This document shows, in pieces, positions 59,757 to 64,000 of a stretch of DNA of 64,000 bases (position 1 is its first letter; every line of letters starts with the position of its first letter). Source of the DNA: a virus; the IMG/VR virus record IMGVR_UViG_3300020196_000021, positions 10,962 through 74,961 of that record. One strand, given 5' to 3'. Both the position numbers and the translations under genes were made by a program. Under the pieces are notes generated by a model. The model did no database searches, was not told the origin of the DNA, and saw only the letters and a program-made list of their open reading frames with translations.

Positions 59757-61240
59757 TATTTGACTCTCCTGACACCTTGAGCATCTAAAACATCTTCAAA
59801 AAGTTCTACACCAATTCTCTGATCATTCATTACATATAATGTTGTACTCCATGATCCTGCACCATGAGAGGGTACGTTTGCAATATTTGATGGTATATAA
59901 CGATAAGTAATACCACTATTATCAACAAAAAATGCAGTTCCACTGGGTCCTACATCAGGAGGGACATCGGGTGGAAGACCAGGACTAACAAGTCCACCAA
60001 CTTCAACCAAATAGGTATTACCGCCATTAGTTACATAAGACCCAGCAGTTAAGGTAAGACCAATCGCCCATGCAATTGCATTTAATGATGGGATAACACT
60101 AGTCACAGTAAAATTTAATACTACATCTAGATCTTGACCTGGATCTTGTACATACTTCATAATCATAGCATTCGCTGGTATCTCTTCAGATAAATCTCTC
60201 ACAATACCCGTTCCATTCTTATTTTGTTGATCAATACGATATGCATCAATAAACGTATTGGGATCAACAGGTAATACTTTATCAATCGTACTTGTTCCTG
60301 TCTGCGTTACCCATTGAGTATTTGTAATTGTTGCTTTGGTCTGTGTTATGTTACCATTACCATCTACTACTGCATCTGCAGTACTTGTCTGTATTACATC
60401 AAATGCTCTTGGATATTCTGTTGGTACAGAAATCTTCAAATGCCCTGATACTGGAGTATAGGTCTTTGGTAATCTTGTCTCTGCGTCAAATTTCTCAAAA
60501 TAATATTCCCAAGTATCATTTGGAAATAACTTTTTCCCAAACTTACCTCTGACTTCAATGTCAATTGTTTGTGGATATGTAGCAGTCATACTAATCGTAC
60601 CACTCGTACTTGTAGCAGTTGCAGTAACACCATCACTTCTCCTAAATGTAACCGTTGCATCATCATCCAAATATGGTGCAGTACTTCCAATATTAGGAAC
60701 CATACTATTAAATGTAATCGTAAAGGTCTCATTCCTTACAATACTTCCAACTGGTTCTGATGATGAACAACTTATAAAATAAAAATTATTTGGTTGACTC
60801 GCCCACTTTGGTTTTCCATAAACATCAAATCCAATTGCCTCTAATCTAATATCCATCGTCCTCCTCTGATTTAACGATGGTTCAGCAACCTGATTGCCAT
60901 TCTCATCAAAACAACATCCTGTATAATTATTGTTCAATGATTCACCAAGTTCCTCACCAATATACACAATCCTATTACGTATATTACTATACTCACTCAC
61001 ATTGAACTGAGTATTATTACACGCATCACGTGTAAAATTTGTCGGTAACTTTTCTTGCTGACGAAAAGAAGTCCCTGGGATACCTCTCAGCATACCAGAG
61101 ACACTTGGTAATGGTGTCGCAGCAGTTCCCCTTGGAAATTGCCCAGTCGTTGTATTCCCCTTGTCTACATCGTAGAGAACATCAATCTGAAATGGATTCA
61201 CTCCAATTGGTTCATTGATCTGCTTATAATATGGCATCAA
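59756..61240 (-). CDS. Hypothetical structural protein (494 aa) with a CBM-like insert
   Basis: Long ORF translationally coupled on both sides. Confidence 0.72.
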   Translation of the reverse strand: MMPYYKQINEPIGVNPFQIDVLYDVDKGNTTTGQFPRGTAATPLPSVSGMLRGIPGTSFRQQEKLPTNFTRDACNNTQFNVSEYSNIRNRIVYIGEELGESLNNNYTGCCFDENGNQVAEPSLNQRRTMDIRLEAIGFDVYGKPKWASQPNNFYFISCSSSEPVGSIVRNETFTITFNSMVPNIGSTAPYLDDDATVTFRRSDGVTATATSTSGTISMTATYPQTIDIEVRGKFGKKLFPNDTWEYYFEKFDAETRLPKTYTPVSGHLKISVPTEYPRAFDVIQTSTADAVVDGNGNITQTKATITNTQWVTQTGTSTIDKVLPVDPNTFIDAYRIDQQNKNGTGIVRDLSEEIPANAMIMKYVQDPGQDLDVVLNFTVTSVIPSLNAIAWAIGLTLTAGSYVTNGGNTYLVEVGGLVSPGLPPDVPPDVGPSGTAFFVDNSGITYRYIPSNIANVPSHGAGSWSTTLYVMNDQRIGVELFEDVLDAQGVRRVK

Positions 61241-61491
61241 TCCTCACTGTCTTCCAAATAATTTAACATGAAAAAGTCCTCTGCTCCTTCGTAATCTCTA
61301 AAGTAATACGTGTCGCCATCTGGAGCATTTAAAATAAACTTGTCGATAAAACTATCGTAATCAATCATAGGATCTTTTGATACATTCATTATGGCATCCT
61401 CATAAAACTCTTCATAACTTTTACTATCCCAATCGTCAAAATTTACATGATCTGTCCAATTTTCGTCGAAACTATAACTTGGCGTATTCAT
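61237..61491 (-). CDS. Small acidic, aromatic-rich hypothetical protein
   Basis: GGAG RBS; 84 aa. Confidence 0.7.
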   Translation of the reverse strand: MNTPSYSFDENWTDHVNFDDWDSKSYEEFYEDAIMNVSKDPMIDYDSFIDKFILNAPDGDTYYFRDYEGAEDFFMLNYLEDSED

Positions 61492-61700
61492 TGTGTCTCC
61501 ATACGACTATTGTATATATTTGGGTATTGAACGTTTTTACCCAGAAAAAAATTTTTCATTTTGGCGTTAATACGAAGTCCCTGGGGGACCTTTGTAGGTT
61601 AAAGGGACCCTTGGCATTTTAAACGCACGGCTTCGCCTTATATAAGGGCGCTAATCGCGCCACTGTTTTATACTTAGTGCCGTGGCAGTTAGTTACATCG

Positions 61701-61722
61701 AAGGGGGGCGATGTGCCCCCCG
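61701..61722 (-). terminator. GC hairpin closing the early cassette array
   Basis: GGGGGGC-ACATC-GCCCCCC-TT just after the stop of 61730..62020; weak U-tract. Confidence 0.5.
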
Positions 61723-61729
61723 CTCAGTG

Positions 61730-62020
61730 TCACCAAACGAGGCGGGTGAACGTTACACCATCAGCGTGCACACAGTGCTCATTGATCCAGAAACCAAGGG
61801 ACACAGTAGGCATCAGTTTCAGCGCAGCGATTGCGCGACGGGATACACCGAGATAGAGGTAGGAGTTGCCGTTCTTGAATGTAGCAATCACCGTTCCATA
61901 CTTGATGCTCGCCTGAATCTTAGCGATGGCGCTACTGTTGCGCTCTGGGGTCTTGATCAGTTCGATGCTGTCCTGATCGGTGCTGATCTGGGGGAGAGCG
62001 ATGGGGGAGTTGATGGTCAT
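61730..62020 (-). CDS. Early minigene A, KTSC-like domain
   Basis: SSAI...TFKNG.SYLY.GV...SLG.WIN pattern matches KTSC. Confidence 0.7.
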   Translation of the reverse strand: MTINSPIALPQISTDQDSIELIKTPERNSSAIAKIQASIKYGTVIATFKNGNSYLYLGVSRRAIAALKLMPTVSLGFWINEHCVHADGVTFTRLVW

Positions 62021-62044
62021 GGTCTGTTTGTGGTTGACTCTGTG

Positions 62045-62103
62045 ATTCTAGGCGCGGGGGGAGGGAGGAGGGGGGCAGGAAGTGCCACCCCCTCGATTGT
62101 CCA
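62045..62103 (-). promoter_or_regulatory. Early promoter module 1
   Basis: Minus strand TGGACA-N10-TGGCAC, 31 nt, TAGAAT. Confidence 0.75.
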
Positions 62104-62280
62104 TCAGATGGCGCTGGTGCCCTTGGCGACCCACAGGGCAAGACGCATCGTGCTCGCCTTGGCGACTGCCTCAGCGGCGCGACCCTCGGCAAGCGCCTGC
62201 TTTTTCAGGGGGGAACGCTGAGCATCGGGGGCACCGATGAGAACGTTGCGAGCGATCTGGAGGGTTTGCTGTTTGGTCAT
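62104..62280 (-). CDS. Early minigene B (58 aa, Ala-rich, basic)
   Basis: MTKQQTLQIARNVLIG...; start set by the leader of the upstream module. Confidence 0.7.
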   Translation of the reverse strand: MTKQQTLQIARNVLIGAPDAQRSPLKKQALAEGRAAEAVAKASTMRLALWVAKGTSAI

Positions 62281-62307
62281 GGTTTGGTTCGTTTGGTTGA
62301 TGTGATC

Positions 62308-62366
62308 AGTATAGAGGGGGAAGGGGGCATCCGTCGCCCCCTGATGGACAGATCCTAGAGTGTCAC
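62308..62366 (-). promoter_or_regulatory. Early promoter module 2
   Basis: GTGACA-N10-TGTCCA, 31 nt (containing a GC hairpin), TATACT. Confidence 0.8.
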
Positions 62367-62518
62367 TCCTCAGGACCGAAGCAGGACTCAAGGCAAAATG
62401 CCTCCAGTTCCTGGTCGTCATCCCACAGCGAGAAGGTGTCGTCATCCTCCAGATCTTCCCAGAAGGTCTCGATCAGTTCGTCGATCTGCTGGTCATCGGT
62501 CAGGGTGAAAGTGGTCAT
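62363..62518 (-). CDS. Early minigene C (51 aa, extremely acidic)
   Basis: MTTFTLTDDQQIDELIETFWEDLEDDDTFSLWDDDQELEAFCLESCFGPEE. Confidence 0.7.
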   Translation of the reverse strand: MTTFTLTDDQQIDELIETFWEDLEDDDTFSLWDDDQELEAFCLESCFGPEE

Positions 62519-62545
62519 AGGTCGGTGTCGTTGGTTGACTTGATC

Positions 62546-62604
62546 AGTATAGAGGGTCAATGGGCGCGGGTGGGGGTGCTGAGGGACACCTTGGGAGGTG
62601 GCAC
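62546..62604 (-). promoter_or_regulatory. Early promoter module 3
   Basis: GTGCCA-N10-TGTCCC, 31 nt, TATACT. Confidence 0.8.
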
Positions 62605-62715
62605 CCGCTGATCGCTCTCATGGAGGAGGTGGACTGTCCAAGATGCCACCACAACGCTGACGGAACAGAATAGCATGATGGCGATGGATCGCCGCAGGTC
62701 GTTGTCCGTGGTCAT
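62557..62715 (-). CDS. Early minigene D (52 aa, one predicted TM helix)
   Basis: MTTDNDLRRSIAIMLFCSVSVVVASWTVHLL...; TGATG overlap with minigene E. Confidence 0.6.
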   Translation of the reverse strand: MTTDNDLRRSIAIMLFCSVSVVVASWTVHLLHESDQRVPPPKVSLSTPTRAH

Positions 62716-62900
62716 CAGGCGACAACCTCCAACCAGGCGATGGGTTTGCCATGGGTCAGACGCCACACGATCATAGGAGCGCCTCCCTCGTCAACTGACC
62801 AATCGAAGGCGATGTCCCTGGCAGTGTCGAGATCAGGGGCGAACTCAGCACCGTGCTGATCGAAGGTGCCGAAGGATTTGGGTTGGATTGCGAAGGTCAT
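62715..62900 (-). CDS. Early minigene E (61 aa)
   Basis: MTFAIQPKSFGTFDQHGAEFA...AFDWSVD..IVWR..WLEVVA. Confidence 0.72.
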   Translation of the reverse strand: MTFAIQPKSFGTFDQHGAEFAPDLDTARDIAFDWSVDEGGAPMIVWRLTHGKPIAWLEVVA

Positions 62901-62921
62901 TGGTTCTCTGTTGATGTGATC

Positions 62922-62979
62922 AGTATAGGCGCTCAGGGCATCTCACAGGCGCCAGGGAGGACACTGTTGTAGGTGGCAC
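62922..62979 (-). promoter_or_regulatory. Early promoter module 4
   Basis: GTGCCA-N10-TGTCCT, 30 nt, TATACT. Confidence 0.8.
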
Positions 62980-63109
62980 AGCGGGCGGCGGTCTGTTGGT
63001 TGACTGCCTGAACGGTGTCAGCAGCGAACTCGATGGCAGCAGATCCTACAGCAGCGATAGGAGCGTAAAAGGCAGCGCCAAGGGCAAGGGTGAGGAGGGT
63101 CTTGGGCAT
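62933..63109 (-). CDS. Early minigene F (58 aa, signal-peptide-like N-terminus, 2 Cys)
   Basis: Manually translated: MPKTLLTLALGAAFYAPIAAVGSAAIEFAADTVQAVNQQTAARCATYNSVLPGACEMP. Confidence 0.7.
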   Translation of the reverse strand: MPKTLLTLALGAAFYAPIAAVGSAAIEFAADTVQAVNQQTAARCATYNSVLPGACEMP

Positions 63110-63135
63110 GGTTTGGTCGTTTGGTTGTTGTGGTT

Positions 63136-63194
63136 AGTATGGCAGGAAATGGGGGGCATTGCAACCCCCCTGTGGACAGTTCAGAGATCGACCA
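63136..63194 (-). promoter_or_regulatory. Early promoter module 5
   Basis: Degenerate TGGTCG-N10-TGTCCA, 31 nt containing a hairpin with TTGCAA at the -35 position, then TGn-CATACT. Confidence 0.75.
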
Positions 63195-63438
63195 TCATGT
63201 CGTTCATCTCGTCTGCGTCGATCTTAGGGTCGTTCCATGCCACACCGTCGCCAGTGGCACCGAGCATCCGCCCAATCTGCCCTTCCATCATACACCGCTG
63301 GAACTTCTCCCAGGGGGTCTCCCAATCGGCACAGTAGGTCACACACGCTTTGGCGGTGTTGTAGAGGAACTCATCGTTCTGAACCCAGAGGGAAGCGTTC
63401 CAGGTTTCGTAGTTTGCCCAACCGTTGTAGGTGGTCAT
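63181..63438 (-). CDS. Early minigene G (85 aa, YNGWxNYETW family)
   Basis: MTTYNGWANYETWNASLWVQNDEFLY...TGDGVAW; start set by the leader. Confidence 0.78.
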   Translation of the reverse strand: MTTYNGWANYETWNASLWVQNDEFLYNTAKACVTYCADWETPWEKFQRCMMEGQIGRMLGATGDGVAWNDPKIDADEMNDMMVDL

Positions 63439-63465
63439 GGTTCGGTTCGTTTGGTTGATGGGTTT

Positions 63466-63523
63466 AGTATGGCACCCCCTAGGATGGGTTTGTGGGTTGG
63501 GTGGACAGTGCCTCAACTGCCAC
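63466..63523 (-). promoter_or_regulatory. Early promoter module 6
   Basis: GTGGCA-N10-TGTCCA, 30 nt, TGn-CATACT. Confidence 0.78.
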
Positions 63524-63667
63524 AACGCGACCAGTTTGGAGGTAGAAGTCCTCAGCGAGTTGGACTGCCTCTTCATAGGTGTCCGCGAAGAACGTGAAGA
63601 AGTCACCAGAGACATCGCGTGAGAAGGTGGACACGATGAACGGTTTGGACTGGGAGGAGGTGAGCAC
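63479..63667 (-). CDS. Early minigene H (62 aa, GTG start)
   Basis: Contains FADTYEEAVQLAEDFY; follows promoter module 7. Confidence 0.62.
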   Translation of the reverse strand: MLTSSQSKPFIVSTFSRDVSGDFFTFFADTYEEAVQLAEDFYLQTGRVVAVEALSTQPTNPS

Positions 63668-63692
63668 TTGGGTGTCCGTTTGGTATGGACTC

Positions 63693-63751
63693 AGTATAGA
63701 GGGTCAGGGGGTCAGTGGCGGTCGCTGTTGTGCCACTTGTCATAGTGTCCA
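63693..63751 (-). promoter_or_regulatory. Early promoter module 7
   Basis: TGGACA-N10-TGGCAC, 31 nt, TATACT. Confidence 0.8.
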
Positions 63752-63839
63752 CTACCCTCTAGACAGACCGCCACCTAGGACCTAACCTAGAGGGCGGGAG
63801 GGGAGGGAAGGAAAGGCAGCGAAGCGACTGCCCAGTTGG

Positions 63840-64000
63840 TTATACTAAGACGTGGCAATAATCAATGGATTTGATACACCAACCTGTCCAGGATGTGATC
63901 TCTTCAATGAGATCATCTTCATCATCTGCCTCCCAGATGTTTCCTACTGTGTCGTCGATGATGTCATTCATCTCAGCAGATGTGATCTCATCTTCAGGGG
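63840..64000 (-). CDS. Acidic early protein, 3' part (start lies outside the window)
   Basis: Reads ...PEDEITSAEMNDIIDDTVGNIWEADDEDDLIEEITSWTGWCIKSIDYCHVLV*. Confidence 0.7.
   Translation of the reverse strand, partial: PEDEITSAEMNDIIDDTVGNIWEADDEDDLIEEITSWTGWCIKSIDYCHVLV

Noticed and set aside
271-61622. Many short + strand ORFs and out-of-frame - strand ORFs in the track (e.g. 371..757, 20482..20841, 40228..40665)
   Set aside because: They are antisense or frame shadows of long, recognisable minus-strand genes, with no RBS or promoter support.
62281-63615. Extended starts for minigenes (62445, 62560, 62766, 63615)
   Set aside because: They run through promoter modules or upstream genes. 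The ATGs just after the conserved leaders (or the TGATG overlap for D) fit better.
62045-63751. Regularly recurring motif as a CRISPR array or integron attC array
   Set aside because: The copies are degenerate, spaced 200-400 nt apart by ORFs, and include -10 boxes. There is no cas gene or integrase and no GTTRRRY/RYYYAAC ends.
61682-63785. Longer + strand ORFs in the GC-rich region (179, 113 and 158 aa, etc.)
   Set aside because: They arise from low stop-codon density at high GC. All promoter modules and leaders point to the minus strand.
1-64000. tRNA/rRNA genes or stop-codon reassignment
   Set aside because: No cloverleaf or rRNA-like sequence was recognised in the short intergenic gaps. 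Core genes are full length in the standard code, and TAA, TAG and TGA all serve as stops.

Overview
This window is the virion morphogenesis module of a T4-like (Kyanoviridae-type) cyanomyophage, with every real gene on the minus strand. In transcription order (right to left) it holds: (i) a sharply GC-rich array (~61.7-64 kb) of 50-96 aa ORFs, most behind a copy of one conserved promoter module (dyad GMCA-N10-TGKC, 30-31 nt spacer, -10 hexamer, A/C-rich leader with no Shine-Dalgarno); (ii) a structured non-coding junction; (iii) two paralogous proteins and a PAAR spike-tip gene; (iv) baseplate genes gp25, gp6, a giant gp7 and gp8, plus a VrlC/DUF4815-like protein; (v) giant mosaic fibre proteins (742, 2240 and 3175 aa) and LamG-type lectins; (vi) the core block gp13-14-15-16-17-18-19-20-21-22, with T4-type late promoters (TATAAATA and variants). 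Two observations stand out. The 3175-aa fibre has three helical repeats that align by eye to phycobiliprotein beta subunits and keep both bilin-attachment cysteines, suggesting a possibly chromophore-bearing virion protein. The early region is a regular array of minigene-plus-promoter cassettes. All family assignments are motif recognition by eye, not database searches.
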